Shown: positions 22,955 through 34,214, counted from the stretch's first letter. The stretch: DNA of 64,000 nt from Desulfobacterales bacterium (GCA_040771865.1 JAXGZF010000006.1:62001-126000); one strand, 5' to 3'. Notes: generated from the sequence alone by a model not told the origin. Made by a program: numbers and translations.

Positions 22955-23011
22955 CCCTGAAACGGTCCTTGATTCAATCCATGCAACAGACGCAGAAACC
23001 GGAAAGAATCC

Positions 23012-23197
23012 ATGATTGAATGGCTGATCGACAACAAATATTTTATTATCGGTGCTGCCGCCCTTGCCTTTCCGCTGGCCTGGGCCGACTGGCGGATGCG
23101 GATTCAAAAGAAGAAGATGATGCAGCAGAAATCCGCTGCAAATGCAGGGCTTGAAAAAAAATTAAAGAAAAAGGCCGCGGGCAAATCGAGAGAATAA
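23012..23197 (+). CDS. Small hypothetical membrane protein
   Basis: 61 aa, one hydrophobic helix plus Lys-rich tail, fills the intergenic gap. Confidence 0.55.
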   Translation: MIEWLIDNKYFIIGAAALAFPLAWADWRMRIQKKKMMQQKSAANAGLEKKLKKKAAGKSRE

Positions 23198-23226
23198 GGC
23201 CTGCTGGAAATGCCGGAGGTGGTTTG

Positions 23227-23601
23227 ATGGACGCATTCATCAGGGTGATGAAAGCCCTTTCCGATTCAAACCGGGTGAAAATCGTAAAAATGCTTCAGCA
23301 GCGCACACTGTGCGTGTGCGAGATACAGACGGTTTTGAGAATTGCTCAGCCTACGGTTTCCAAGCATCTGAAGATACTTGAAAAAGCAGATATTATCCGC
23401 TCGGTCAAAGAAGGTCTGTGGGTCAACTATTCCCTTTCCGACGGAAGCCGGTCCGCCTATGTGGCCAGCCTGCTGGGCAATCTTCGGCACTGGCTGGAGG
23501 ATTGTCCGCAGATTCAGGAGATTCGAAGCCGGCTTCCGGAAATCAGGCGCGAAGATATCTGCCGGCGTGACCCGGTCACAGCGCCAGCAGTTTCTGACTG
23601 A
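23227..23601 (+). CDS. ArsR/SmtB family transcriptional regulator
   Basis: KALSDSNR, LCVCE, QPTVSKHLKIL HTH. Confidence 0.92.
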   Translation: MDAFIRVMKALSDSNRVKIVKMLQQRTLCVCEIQTVLRIAQPTVSKHLKILEKADIIRSVKEGLWVNYSLSDGSRSAYVASLLGNLRHWLEDCPQIQEIRSRLPEIRREDICRRDPVTAPAVSD

Positions 23602-24046
23602 TCACCTGAATGTGATTCATTTCCTCCTTGATGATGGCGTCGATTCTGCTTTTGCCGCGTCCGTCCGGAATCATTTCCTTCATGCCCAGATAAAATACGA
23701 TCGAATCTTTTTCGGCCGTCAGCGCTTCCTTCAGAATTTCGATCATGCTGGAAAGGTCCAGGGCTTTTTGAAAAAAGATCCGGGTGTCGGCCAGGGCCTT
23801 GAGATACTGGTCCGCCTGATTTTCAGGGTCAAAGACCGTGGCCCCTTTTTCTTTTTCGGAAAGGGAGGCCCTCATGTCGGCAAATGTTTTTTCATGCTCA
23901 TCTTCCATCAGGGCCAGGTCCAGCAGCATTTTTTTAAATGCCGAATCGGAGGTGCCTTGGGCGGCCGTTCGATAAAAGGCTGCGCCGTTTTTTTCGATTC
24001 GCTGAGCCATTTCAAATATTTCGTCCGCAGTGAAACCGTAATCCAT
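23576..24046 (-). CDS. Ferritin-like / rubrerythrin-family protein
   Basis: IEKNGAAFY, EDEHEKTF, AEKDSIVFY, EEMNH di-iron motifs. Confidence 0.88.
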   Translation of the reverse strand: MDYGFTADEIFEMAQRIEKNGAAFYRTAAQGTSDSAFKKMLLDLALMEDEHEKTFADMRASLSEKEKGATVFDPENQADQYLKALADTRIFFQKALDLSSMIEILKEALTAEKDSIVFYLGMKEMIPDGRGKSRIDAIIKEEMNHIQVISQKLLAL

Positions 24047-24296
24047 GTTCATATTCCTTTCCTTGGCAGACAAGTGACATGATCTTACGCGCCCTTGATG
24101 CGCTTCGAATAAAAATAAGCTTGCAATATAGGTTCAACACTTCGAATTGTAAAGCGATAATCCCGAAAACTCCGCCCGGTTCAAATGCCGTAAATTATCG
24201 TTGACAAGGAAAAAGAGGGTCGATATAAAAATTCTTTTCCATTTTTTCGGCAATTTGAAGGGCTCATGCAATAAACCAAAAAGGATTGAATGCAAG

Positions 24297-24866
24297 ATGC
24301 AACGGCCTCATGTTCTTCAAATTCAGAAAACCTGCGATCAGGATTTTATAAAACGCGTCGAGCTTGAAAGCGGCCAGCAGGTTTCCAAATGCTATCAATG
24401 CGGCAACTGCGGCGCCAGTTGCGGATACACCTTTGACTTTGATTTTCCGGTCAATCAGATCATGCGTCTGGTTCAGCTCGGCCAGAAGGATACGGTCCTT
24501 GGATCCCGTTCCATATGGCTCTGCGCCAACTGTCAGGCCTGCACCACCCGCTGTCCCTGCAACATCGAGGTGGCCAGGGTCATGGAGGCCCTGCGCATCA
24601 TGTCGGTGGCCGAAGGCGCGGTGTCGAAAAAACATATTCTGCTGTTTTACGACGAGTTCCTGGAACTGGTGCGCCGCTACGGCCGCGTTTTTGAAACCGG
24701 CCTGGTGGCCCGTTACAATCTTAAGGCAGGCAAGCCTTTTACCGACGCCGATCTGGGGCCGCAGGTACTGATGAAGGGCAAACTGGCTCTGAAACCTCAC
24801 AAGATCAAGGGACTCAAAGCCATTGAAGATATATTCAGGCGATTTGAATCCCATCGCGGAAAATAG
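24297..24866 (+). CDS. hdrC: Heterodisulfide reductase subunit C
   Basis: CYQCGNCGASC and CANCQACTTRCP 4Fe-4S motifs; precedes hdrB. Confidence 0.9.
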   Translation: MQRPHVLQIQKTCDQDFIKRVELESGQQVSKCYQCGNCGASCGYTFDFDFPVNQIMRLVQLGQKDTVLGSRSIWLCANCQACTTRCPCNIEVARVMEALRIMSVAEGAVSKKHILLFYDEFLELVRRYGRVFETGLVARYNLKAGKPFTDADLGPQVLMKGKLALKPHKIKGLKAIEDIFRRFESHRGK

Positions 24867-24899
24867 AATCTCAAGCAACCTGAAAATGCAGAGAAGCCA

Positions 24900-25760
24900 A
24901 TGTTGAAACGAGTAGCCTATTATCCAGGATGTTCCTGCGAGGGAATGGCCATTGAATATGATCAGTCCGTCCGGGCCCTGTGCTACGTGCTGGGCATCGA
25001 GCTGGTCACAATACCGGACTGGAACTGCTGCGGCTCAACCCCTTCTCATTCCTACGATCCCCTGCTGGGCGCGGCCCTGGCCGGACGGAATCTGGCCATT
25101 GCCGGATCCCAGGGGCTCGATGTGGTGATGACGCCATGCCCGAGCTGCCTGAAGGCGCTGAAAACCGCGAATCAGGTTTTCCGGGAACGCCCTTCGGAGT
25201 TTCTGAATGTGCTGGGTATGCCTTTTCCCGGGAATGTTCGAGCAATTTCCGTTCTTCAGCTTCTTTACGAAGAAATCGGACCGAACCTGATTCAAAAGGC
25301 CGTTAAATTTCCATTTAAAAACAAGAAGATCGTGCCTTACTACGGGTGCCTGTTAACCCGTCCGCCCGCGTTTGCCCGGTTCGATGATCCCGAAAACCCG
25401 GTTTCCATGGACCGGTTGATTGAAGCTGCCGGGGCCATGGTCCCGGATTTTCCCCACAAGACCGAGTGTTGCGGCGCGGCCCTGGGGATCACGCAGAGGG
25501 ATGTGGTTATGCGGCTGACGGGACGGATTCTGGATATGGCCCGCGCCGTGGGCGCCGATGCCGTGGCTGTGGCCTGTCCGCTGTGCCAGCAGAACCTGGA
25601 TCTGCGTCAGGACCAGGTTAACCGGGCTCTGAAAGAAAACTTTAACCTGCCGGTTCTGTACATCACGCAGATCATTGGTTGCGCTTTGGGCATCGATAGC
25701 AAGACGCTGGGCATTGAGAAGCTGGCGGTTCGAACCGACGCGCTTTTTCAAAGCGCCTGA
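24900..25760 (+). CDS. hdrB: Heterodisulfide reductase subunit B
   Basis: YYPGC, two CCG domains, CPSC and CPLC. Confidence 0.93.
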   Translation: MLKRVAYYPGCSCEGMAIEYDQSVRALCYVLGIELVTIPDWNCCGSTPSHSYDPLLGAALAGRNLAIAGSQGLDVVMTPCPSCLKALKTANQVFRERPSEFLNVLGMPFPGNVRAISVLQLLYEEIGPNLIQKAVKFPFKNKKIVPYYGCLLTRPPAFARFDDPENPVSMDRLIEAAGAMVPDFPHKTECCGAALGITQRDVVMRLTGRILDMARAVGADAVAVACPLCQQNLDLRQDQVNRALKENFNLPVLYITQIIGCALGIDSKTLGIEKLAVRTDALFQSA

Positions 25761-25805
25761 GAGCGTGAAAATCAGATGAATTGCGATCCGGTTGAGGTGT
25801 GACAT

Positions 25806-27764
25806 ATGCGTATCGGGGTTTTTATCTGTCAATGTGGAACGAACATCGCCGGAACGGTCGATACTCGGGCCGTTGCAAAGAAGGCTCTGGAATTGCCGGA
25901 CGTGGTCTTTGCCGTGGATTACATGTATACCTGCTCGGAACCGGGCCAGAAGGAAATTCAGGACGCCATCGCCAGCCACAGGCTTCAGGGCGTCGTGGTG
26001 GCCGCCTGCTCTCCCAGAATGCATGAACCGACCTTCCGCAGGGCGGTAAAAAAGGCGGGGGTCAATCCCTACATGTTCGAGCAGGCCAATATTCGGGAGC
26101 ACTGTTCCTGGATCGGAACGGATCGGGAAGCCAATACGCTCAAGGCCATGGATCAGGTGCGCATGTCCGTGGAAAAGCTTCGCCGCAATCAGGCGCTTTT
26201 TTCCACCCAGGTGGCCGTAAACAAACGGGTTCTGGTCATCGGGGGCGGAGTGGCCGGCATTCAGGCGGCTCTGGATTGCGCGGACGGCGGTCTTGAAGTG
26301 GTGATGGTGGAAAGAGAGCAGACCATCGGCGGCAAGATGGCCAAGCTGGACAAAACCTTTCCCACGATCGACTGTTCCTCCTGCATTCTCGGCCCGAAGA
26401 TGGTGGATGTGGCCCAGAAGGAAAACATCCGGCTCTATGCCTACAGCGAGGTGGATGCCATTTCCGGATATGTCGGCAATTTCAAGGTCGATATACGGAA
26501 AAAAGCCACCTATGTGGACTGGAACGCATGCACCGGTTGCGGAGAGTGCATTCAGAAATGTCCGTCCAAAAAAGCCTTCGATCATTTCAACGAGGGACTT
26601 GGCGCAGCGGCGGCGATCAACATCCCCTTTCCCCAGGCCATTCCCAAAAAAGCCAGAATCGACAGCGATTACTGCCGGTATCTGACCGGCGGCAAATGCC
26701 GGGTCTGCGAGAAAATCTGTCCGGTTCAAGCCATCCGGTTCGACATGAAGGACGAGATCGTCGCCGAGGAAGTGGGCGCGATCATCGTGGCCAGCGGTTA
26801 TGACCTGTTTGACGCCGGTGTGTACGGAGAATACGGCGGGGGCCGTTATCCGGACGTGATCTCCGCCATGCAGTACGAACGCATACTCAGCGCTTCCGGG
26901 CCTTACGGCGGGCACATTCGAAGACCCTCCGACGGCAGGGAGCCCAGGGAAATCGTCTTTATATCCTGCGTGGGCTCCCGGGATATCTCCGTGGACCGGC
27001 CGTACTGTTCCGGAATCTGCTGCATGTACATCGCCAAACAGGCCATCATGACCCGGGATCACATACCGGACAGCAACTGCTACGTGTCCTACATGGATAT
27101 TCGGGCGCCGGGAAAGGGCTATGACGAATTCATACGAAGAGCCCAGGAAGAGTACGGCGTGAAATACATTCGGGGCCGGGTGGGCCGAATCTATCCCAAG
27201 GGAGATCGTCTGGTGGTTCAGGGTGCCGATACCCTGCTCGGCGCTCAGGTGGAGATCGAGGCCGACCTCGTGGTCCTGGCTACCGGTGTGGAATGCTCCG
27301 CCGGAGCCCGGCCCCTGGCTGAAAAACTGCGCATTTCCTATGATCAGCACGGGTTTTACATGGAAAGCCATCCCAAGCTTCGGCCCGTGGAAACCAATAC
27401 CGCCGGGGTGTTCCTGGCCGGAGTCTGTCAGGGGCCTAAGGATATCCCGGCCTCCGTGGGGCAGGGCAGCGCGGCCGCATCCAAGGTTCAGGCCCTGTTT
27501 TCCAGGGATACGATCGAAACCGACCCGCAGGTGGCCCATGTCAACGAAAACATGTGCATCGGGTGCGGCAAATGCGAACAGGTCTGCCCCTTCGGCGCCA
27601 TTCGAATGAAAACGCTTCGGGACGGATCCAGAAAGTCCGAGGTTCTGGAAACCGTCTGCCAGGGCTGCGGCCTGTGCAACGCCACCTGCCCCAACAAGGC
27701 GATTCAGCTGCGGCATTTTACCGACGACCAGATTCTGGCCGAGATCAACACGCTGTTTGATTAG
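25806..27764 (+). CDS. hdrA: Heterodisulfide reductase subunit A
   Basis: RIGVFICQCG, GGGVAG FAD motif, DKTFPTIDCSSC, ferredoxin motifs. Confidence 0.95.
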   Translation: MRIGVFICQCGTNIAGTVDTRAVAKKALELPDVVFAVDYMYTCSEPGQKEIQDAIASHRLQGVVVAACSPRMHEPTFRRAVKKAGVNPYMFEQANIREHCSWIGTDREANTLKAMDQVRMSVEKLRRNQALFSTQVAVNKRVLVIGGGVAGIQAALDCADGGLEVVMVEREQTIGGKMAKLDKTFPTIDCSSCILGPKMVDVAQKENIRLYAYSEVDAISGYVGNFKVDIRKKATYVDWNACTGCGECIQKCPSKKAFDHFNEGLGAAAAINIPFPQAIPKKARIDSDYCRYLTGGKCRVCEKICPVQAIRFDMKDEIVAEEVGAIIVASGYDLFDAGVYGEYGGGRYPDVISAMQYERILSASGPYGGHIRRPSDGREPREIVFISCVGSRDISVDRPYCSGICCMYIAKQAIMTRDHIPDSNCYVSYMDIRAPGKGYDEFIRRAQEEYGVKYIRGRVGRIYPKGDRLVVQGADTLLGAQVEIEADLVVLATGVECSAGARPLAEKLRISYDQHGFYMESHPKLRPVETNTAGVFLAGVCQGPKDIPASVGQGSAAASKVQALFSRDTIETDPQVAHVNENMCIGCGKCEQVCPFGAIRMKTLRDGSRKSEVLETVCQGCGLCNATCPNKAIQLRHFTDDQILAEINTLFD

Positions 27765-27803
27765 GCGGCTCAAAACCGGGCCAGCTTTTGACGAGAGAGA
27801 AAA

Positions 27804-28271
27804 ATGAGTTCAAAATCGGATGCGAAACAAGAGCGCGAAATCAAGATCGTTGGGTTTCTGTGCAACTGGTGTTCCTACGGCGGAGCGGATACCGCCGGCG
27901 TGTGCCGTTTCAGGCAGCCGACCGATCTGAGAATCATTCGGATTCCCTGTACGGGCCGAATCGATCCGCTGATGATTGTCAAATCCCTGATTCAGGGTGC
28001 CGACGGCGTTCTGGTGTCCGGTTGTCATCCCAATGACTGCCATTATGCGGTCGGCAATTTTTACGCCCGCAGACGCATGGAGGTTCTGAAACGGTTCCTG
28101 CCGTTTATGGGCATTCAGTCCGACCGGTTTCGATACACCTGGGTGTCGGCCTCCGAGGGTCAGATCTGGCAGCAGGTGGTGACGGATTTTTCCGAGACCA
28201 TTCACCGGCTGGGCCCCAACCCGGGCCTGCATCAAACCGTCGATTCGGCGCCTGCGGTATCCTGGTTTTGA
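27804..28271 (+). CDS. flxD: MvhD-like 2Fe-2S subunit (FlxD)
   Basis: FLCNWCSY.GAD, PCTGR, GCHPNDCHY, WVSASEG. Confidence 0.9.
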   Translation: MSSKSDAKQEREIKIVGFLCNWCSYGGADTAGVCRFRQPTDLRIIRIPCTGRIDPLMIVKSLIQGADGVLVSGCHPNDCHYAVGNFYARRRMEVLKRFLPFMGIQSDRFRYTWVSASEGQIWQQVVTDFSETIHRLGPNPGLHQTVDSAPAVSWF

Positions 28272-28308
28272 ACCGCCGGAAACATAACGACTTTAGGATC
28301 AATTACAG

Positions 28309-29280
28309 ATGGATGACAAAACCAACGCCTTACGGGAACATGTAAAGGGTATTTTTTCGAATCTGGAACTGGTTCTGGGATGGGAGCCCGGTTATGATCC
28401 GCTTCATACGAGGCCGTTTTATGTCCGCACCGAATCGGATATCGATCGTTTGATAGCCAACTGCCTGAGCTTCCAAAATCTCACCCGGTATCTGGCCAAA
28501 TCCATGAACGCATTGGACCCGGCCGCAGACGGCAGAAAGATCGGCGTCTGCGTCAAGGGCTGCGACAGCCGGACCCTGGTCGCCCTGATTCAGGAAAAAT
28601 TTGTTTCCCGGGACCGGGTCTACGTGATCGGTCTTCCCTGCAGAGGAACCCTTGACGCTCGGCGCATTCGGGCCCTGGTTCCGGATCCCGCGACGATCCG
28701 GTCCGTGAATGCGGAGGGAGACGAACTGGTTGTCGAAACCGATCGGGGGATTTCGCGTTTTGCCCTGGAAAGGGCCATCGCCAGAAAATGCCTTCAGTGC
28801 CGGTATCCCAATCCGGTGATTCATGACGTCCTTATTGGAGATCCGGTCGAACCGCGCCTGAAGATCGAAGCCGAAAACCCGTCGGTGGCCGCCGTGGAAG
28901 CGCTTTCGCTGGAAGATCGGCTGCTGTTCTGGGAAAATCAGCTGGACCGGTGCATTCGATGCTTTGCCTGCCGCAACGCCTGCCCGCTTTGCGTGTGCCA
29001 GAACCACTGCATCATGGAGACCCGAATGCCCAAATGGATCACTCAGTACCGGAACATGAACGAAAAATTCATGTTTCACATGATTCATGCGCTTCATCTG
29101 GCCGGGCGCTGCACCGAGTGCGGCGAATGCGAAAGGGTCTGTCCGGTCGGCATTCCCGTGGCCCTGATCAAGGAGAAGATCAACGCCATCATATACGAGA
29201 TGCTTGATTACGAATCCGGCATCGACCCCGAAGCCGTGCCGCCGCTGCTGACCTTCAGCCCCAAGGAGACCGGCATTTGA
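28309..29280 (+). CDS. flxC: 4Fe-4S protein (FlxC-like)
   Basis: KGCDSR, CIRCFACRNACPLCVC, HLAGRCTECGECERVCP; position in the hdr-flx cluster. Confidence 0.8.
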   Translation: MDDKTNALREHVKGIFSNLELVLGWEPGYDPLHTRPFYVRTESDIDRLIANCLSFQNLTRYLAKSMNALDPAADGRKIGVCVKGCDSRTLVALIQEKFVSRDRVYVIGLPCRGTLDARRIRALVPDPATIRSVNAEGDELVVETDRGISRFALERAIARKCLQCRYPNPVIHDVLIGDPVEPRLKIEAENPSVAAVEALSLEDRLLFWENQLDRCIRCFACRNACPLCVCQNHCIMETRMPKWITQYRNMNEKFMFHMIHALHLAGRCTECGECERVCPVGIPVALIKEKINAIIYEMLDYESGIDPEAVPPLLTFSPKETGI

Positions 29281-29325
29281 ACAGCCGCATGAAACCCATT
29301 TTTCGATATGAGCGAGGATGACCCC

Positions 29326-30390
29326 ATGTCCGGGAAAATATTTGTCGCCCACGATGCGTTAAGCGGGCTGCTTGACGATCTTTCCAAGAAGTTCAAGGTC
29401 TGGACCCCTCAGATGATGGATCAGGCCAGCGGGCATATCGCCTTCGGCCTTTATGCGCCCGGAAAGAAGCCTGAAATGACCCGCCGGAGCAGGCTGTCCC
29501 CCAAAAAAATACTTTCTCCTTCAATGGATACCCTGTTCAAGTTTACCTATGTCAAGGATCCAAAGGATCCGGTCCGGTACACGATCGACCTTCAGGAGGC
29601 CGTTGACAACGGCCCGACTCTGGTTTTCGGCGCCAGGCCCTGCGACACAAGGGGATTCCAGACCTTTGATCAGGTTTTTTTAAAAGGCAAATACAAGGAT
29701 GTTTATTACGAGCGGCGTCGGCAGAACACCCTCTTTGCCACTCTGGTCTGCCAGGATGCCGACACCGCCTGTTTCTGCTCCTCGGTGGGAAGCGGTCCGG
29801 CGGATATGACCGGAAGCGATATGGCCATCATTCCCATCGAAGGCGGATACGTGATCGAGGGGCTGACCGATGCCGGCCGAAAGCTGGTTGAGGTCTTCGG
29901 CAAGGCGCCATCTTCGGAGCAGGACGCGGCCGCCGAAGAGATGAAGCGGAAAACGGCGGCCCTCAGGATCGGCGAGGGCGACCTGACCGGCTATGCCGAT
30001 GATCTGATCCGACGGTTTACCGATATGGATTTCTGGCGCGAGCACGTCTCGCCCTGCATCACCTGCGGCGTATGCACCTGGGTGTGTCCCACCTGCTACT
30101 GTTTTTCCATCACCGACGAGGCGTCGGGAATGTCCGGAGAACGGATGCGTTCCTGGGATTCGTGCATGTTTTACCTTTACACGCTCGAGGCCAGAGGCCA
30201 CAATCCCAGGCCCACCAAGATGGAGCGATACCGGAACCGGGTCGGACACAAGTTCAGTTATTTTCCGAAAAAATACGACGGTATGATCTCCTGCTGCGGA
30301 TGCGGGAGATGCATTCGAATCTGTCCGGTATCCATTGATATTCGAAAAGTTGTCAAGGAGTTGAAGGAGACTGCCGATGACAGAGCTTAA
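29326..30390 (+). CDS. flxB: 4Fe-4S protein (FlxB / AsrA-like)
   Basis: RPCD, CFCSS, CITCGVCTWVCPTCYCF, CCGCGRCIRICP. Confidence 0.8.
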   Translation: MSGKIFVAHDALSGLLDDLSKKFKVWTPQMMDQASGHIAFGLYAPGKKPEMTRRSRLSPKKILSPSMDTLFKFTYVKDPKDPVRYTIDLQEAVDNGPTLVFGARPCDTRGFQTFDQVFLKGKYKDVYYERRRQNTLFATLVCQDADTACFCSSVGSGPADMTGSDMAIIPIEGGYVIEGLTDAGRKLVEVFGKAPSSEQDAAAEEMKRKTAALRIGEGDLTGYADDLIRRFTDMDFWREHVSPCITCGVCTWVCPTCYCFSITDEASGMSGERMRSWDSCMFYLYTLEARGHNPRPTKMERYRNRVGHKFSYFPKKYDGMISCCGCGRCIRICPVSIDIRKVVKELKETADDRA

Positions 30391-31207
30391 TCCCTACCGC
30401 CCGGAAATGGCGACCGTCATAGAAATCATCGAAGAGACCCACAATATTCGAACCCTTCGCGTCCTGCTCAATGATCCGGAAAAGATGAAGGCGTTTTCAT
30501 TTCAGCCCGGCCAGGTGGGGCAGGTTTCCGTGTTCGGGTACGGAGAATCCACCTTTGTCATCAATTCTCCGCCCACGCGCATGGAGTACCTTCAGTTCAG
30601 TGTCATGCAGGCCGGAGAGGTGGCCGCCCGAGTGCACCAGCTCAATGTCGGAGACCAGATCGGCGTGCGTGCGCCCCTGGGGAATTACTTTCCCTACGAA
30701 AACATGAAGGGCCGGGACATCCTGTTTGTCGGCGGCGGCATCGCCATGGCCCCGCTGAGAACCCTGCTGCTGTTCATGCTGGACAACCGGAAGGACTACG
30801 GGGATATCACCCTGATTTACGGGGCCAGAACGCCGAATGATTTTTGCTATACCTACGAGTTTGACGACTGGAAAAAGGCTGGCGCCAGCCTGATTCTGAC
30901 CGTGGACAACGAATTTCCGGACTGGCCGCACCGGGTGGGCGTGGTTCCCAAGGTGCTGGCCGAGGAAGCGCCAAGTCCGAAAAACCGGATCGCCGTCACC
31001 TGCGGCCCGCCGATCATGATCAAGTTTGCGCTGGCGGCCCTCAAGCAGCTGGGATACAGAGACGAGCAGGTCTATACCACGCTTGAAAAACGCATGAAAT
31101 GCGGAATCGGAATCTGCGGACGATGCAACATCGGAGAAAAATACGTCTGCATTGACGGGCCGGTGTTTTCCTGCGCGCAGCTGAGCGCCATGCTGCCCGA
31201 GCTCTGA
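30377..31207 (+). CDS. flxA: FAD/NAD(P)-binding oxidoreductase (FlxA / AsrB-like)
   Basis: GGGIAMAPLR, CGPP, MKCGIGICGRC, CIDGPVF. Confidence 0.85.
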   Translation: MTELNPYRPEMATVIEIIEETHNIRTLRVLLNDPEKMKAFSFQPGQVGQVSVFGYGESTFVINSPPTRMEYLQFSVMQAGEVAARVHQLNVGDQIGVRAPLGNYFPYENMKGRDILFVGGGIAMAPLRTLLLFMLDNRKDYGDITLIYGARTPNDFCYTYEFDDWKKAGASLILTVDNEFPDWPHRVGVVPKVLAEEAPSPKNRIAVTCGPPIMIKFALAALKQLGYRDEQVYTTLEKRMKCGIGICGRCNIGEKYVCIDGPVFSCAQLSAMLPEL

Positions 31208-31244
31208 TTTTGCCGCATTTTTTTACCCTTTCCCGGAATGGTCG

Positions 31245-32111
31245 ATGCACTACGAAGGCATAATCATTCGTCCCCCCAGCGAGGCTCGAAGCATTCTGCT
31301 TCAGGTCACCGTGGGCTGTTCCCATAACGAATGCGCGTTCTGCGGCACCTACAAGAGCCGGCAATTCAAAATCAAGCCCGATGAGATCATTTCGGCGGAC
31401 ATCGCCGAAGCGGCCGCCACTCAGGCCGATAACCGCCGGTTGTTCATCTGCGACGGGGATGCCCTGATCATTCCGCAAAGACGGCTGCTTTCTATTTTCG
31501 ATGAGATTCGGACCCGGCTTCCCCGCGTTACCCGGGTGGGAATGTACGCCAATGCCAAAAGTCTTCTGCTCAAAAGCCCGGAAGAGCTCGCGGCGCTCAG
31601 AGAACGCGGGCTCGGCATCGTCTACCTGGGTCTTGAATCCGGAGATGACGCGGTGCTTTCGGCCGTCGGCAAGGGGACCGATTCGGCGCGGATGATTGAG
31701 GCGGCCCGAAAGGCAAAACAGGCGGGGATCAAACTCTCCGTCACCGTGCTTCTGGGAATCGCCGGAAAAGAAGGATCCCAGGAGCACGCCCGGCAAACCG
31801 CCCGCGTGCTCTCGGCCATGGATCCGGATTACGCGAGCGCCCTGACCCTGATGCTGATACCCGGAACCCCGCTTTACGAGGCACAGGCCTTCGGAGAATT
31901 CGAGCTTCCCGAACCGGCCGGTCTGCTGGCCGAGCTTCGCACGATGATCGCCGAAACGCAGATGAACGGTCTGTTTCTGGCCAACCATGCATCCAACTAC
32001 CTTCCGATTCAGGTCCGCCTGCCCCGCGACAGGCAGCGCGCCCTTGAACAGATCGATGCAGCCATTTGCGGACAGATCGCTCTGAAGCCCGAACGGCTGC
32101 GGGGGCTGTGA
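31245..32111 (+). CDS. Radical SAM protein of unknown function
   Basis: RPPSEA and CSHNECAFC (CxxxCxxC) motifs. Confidence 0.88.
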   Translation: MHYEGIIIRPPSEARSILLQVTVGCSHNECAFCGTYKSRQFKIKPDEIISADIAEAAATQADNRRLFICDGDALIIPQRRLLSIFDEIRTRLPRVTRVGMYANAKSLLLKSPEELAALRERGLGIVYLGLESGDDAVLSAVGKGTDSARMIEAARKAKQAGIKLSVTVLLGIAGKEGSQEHARQTARVLSAMDPDYASALTLMLIPGTPLYEAQAFGEFELPEPAGLLAELRTMIAETQMNGLFLANHASNYLPIQVRLPRDRQRALEQIDAAICGQIALKPERLRGL

Positions 32112-32195
32112 CTTGAAATCCCTTGCAACTCCGGTCAAACAGGTGTAACCAACCCGGTAATTTCAATGCTCAATCCCTTTTGAAAGGAGATCTTC

Positions 32196-34214
32196 ATGAC
32201 GGCCTCAACCGGACTTTCCGAAGGACTTTCCCAAACCTGCATCAACCTGATCCGCACCCTTTCCATGGATGCGGTGCAGAAAGCCAATTCCGGACATCCC
32301 GGCGCTCCCATGGGGCTTGCGCCGGCGGGCTTCGTTCTCTGGACTCGGATCTTGAAGCACAACCCCGAAAATCCCTCCTGGCCGGACCGGGACCGGTTCA
32401 TACTCTCCGGAGGCCACGCCTCCATGCTGCTGTACAGCCTGCTGTATCTGACCGGTTACGGTCTGAGCCTCGATGATCTGAAGAATTTCCGGCAGTGGGA
32501 AAGCAGGACGCCCGGCCATCCCGAATTCAGGCAAACGCCCGGCGTGGAAACCACCACCGGTCCGCTGGGGCAGGGGTTTGCCAATGCCGTGGGCATGGCC
32601 ATGGCCGAACGCCATCTGGCCGCACAGTACAACCGGCCCGGTTTTTCCCTGGTGGATCATCATACCTACGTGTTTTGCGGCGACGGAGACATGATGGAGG
32701 GCGTGAGCGCCGAAGCCGCGTCCCTGGCCGGCCATCTGGGACTGGGAAAACTGATCTGCATTTACGACGACAACCATATTTCGATCGAAGGCAGCACCGA
32801 TATTACCTTTACCGAGGACGTGGCTAAGCGCTTTGAGGCTTACCACTGGCATGTGCAAAAGGTTTCGAACGGAAACGACGTTCAGGCGATTCTGTCGGCC
32901 GTGGCGGCGGCAAAGGCTGAGACCGAAAAGCCCTCGATCATTCTGTTGCGGACCCACATCGCTTACGGCAGCCCCAACAAGCAGGATTCGGCCGCCGCAC
33001 ACGGCGCGCCCCTGGGAGAGGAAGAGGTTCGGCTGACCAAGCGGAATCTGAACTGGCCCGAGGATGCCGGCTTTCTGGTTCCCGAGGAGGCGCTGGCGCA
33101 TTTTCGAAAATGCGTTGAAAAGGGCAGGTCCGCTGAAGCCGGCTGGCGGCAGGTTTTGAAGTCTTATGTGCAACAATATCCGGATGCGGCCGCTCAATTT
33201 CAGGCAGCCTTAAACGGAAAGCTTCCCGATGGATGGGACGGAAATCTTCCGGTTTTTACCCCGGATCAGAAACCTGTCGCCACCCGGGCCGCTTCGGGAA
33301 AAATCATCAACGCCATCGCCGGAACCGTTCCCTGGCTCATGGGCGGTTCCGCGGATCTGGCCCCTTCCAACAACACCCTGATCAGCGCATCCAGGGATTT
33401 TCAAAAAGACAGCTATGATCAGCGCAACATCCGTTTCGGGGTCCGGGAGCATGCCATGGGGTCGATCCTTTCCGGACTGGCGCTTCACGGGGGAATCCGG
33501 CCGTACGGCGGAACCTTTCTGGTGTTTGCCGATTACATGCGGCCCGCCATCCGTCTGGCTGCGCTGATGAAGCTGCCGGTGATCTATGTGTTCACCCACG
33601 ACAGCATCGCCGTGGGCGAAGACGGCCCCACCCATCAGCCGGTCGAGCATGTGGCCAGCCTGCGGATCATTCCCGGACTGACCGTGATCCGCCCGGCCGA
33701 TGCCGCCGAGACAGTGGCGGCCTGGAAAACGGCCATGGAAAACACCTCGGGTCCGACGGCCCTGATTTTGAGCCGCCAGAACCTGCCGATTCTCGACCGC
33801 GCCCGGTATGCTTCAGCCTCGAACATGGCCCAGGGCGCCTATGTGCTTTCAGACAGTGCAACACCGGCGAAGCTGATCATTCTGGCCTCCGGCGCCGAGG
33901 TGCACGAGGCCCTTGCCGCAGCGAAAACACTTGAGGAAAAGGGCATCGCCGTGCGCGTGGTCAACATGCCCAGCTGGGAACTGTTCGAGGCCATGCCGGC
34001 CGAATACCGAAAAGAGGTACTGCCGCCGTCGGTTTCCGCGCGCATCGCCGTTGAAGCGGGGGTTTCCATGGGCTGGGAGCGGTACGTGGGACCAGAAGGC
34101 GTTGTGATCGGCATCGACCGGTTCGGCGCTTCGGCCCCGGGTTCCACCATGCTGAAAAAATTCGGCTTTACGCCGGAAAACATCTTTCAAAAGGCGCTGC
34201 AAATCCTGAAATAG
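32196..34214 (+). CDS. tkt: Transketolase
   Basis: [36 protein letters not shown]. Confidence 0.98.
   Translation: MTASTGLSEGLSQTCINLIRTLSMDAVQKANSGHPGAPMGLAPAGFVLWTRILKHNPENPSWPDRDRFILSGGHASMLLYSLLYLTGYGLSLDDLKNFRQWESRTPGHPEFRQTPGVETTTGPLGQGFANAVGMAMAERHLAAQYNRPGFSLVDHHTYVFCGDGDMMEGVSAEAASLAGHLGLGKLICIYDDNHISIEGSTDITFTEDVAKRFEAYHWHVQKVSNGNDVQAILSAVAAAKAETEKPSIILLRTHIAYGSPNKQDSAAAHGAPLGEEEVRLTKRNLNWPEDAGFLVPEEALAHFRKCVEKGRSAEAGWRQVLKSYVQQYPDAAAQFQAALNGKLPDGWDGNLPVFTPDQKPVATRAASGKIINAIAGTVPWLMGGSADLAPSNNTLISASRDFQKDSYDQRNIRFGVREHAMGSILSGLALHGGIRPYGGTFLVFADYMRPAIRLAALMKLPVIYVFTHDSIAVGEDGPTHQPVEHVASLRIIPGLTVIRPADAAETVAAWKTAMENTSGPTALILSRQNLPILDRARYASASNMAQGAYVLSDSATPAKLIILASGAEVHEALAAAKTLEEKGIAVRVVNMPSWELFEAMPAEYRKEVLPPSVSARIAVEAGVSMGWERYVGPEGVVIGIDRFGASAPGSTMLKKFGFTPENIFQKALQILK

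Noticed and set aside
25353..27773. 806-aa minus-strand ORF and other long antisense ORFs (e.g. 6716-7786, 44190-45536, 61043-62347)
   Set aside because: They are shadows of well-supported genes on the opposite strand in GC-rich DNA and have no recognisable motifs.
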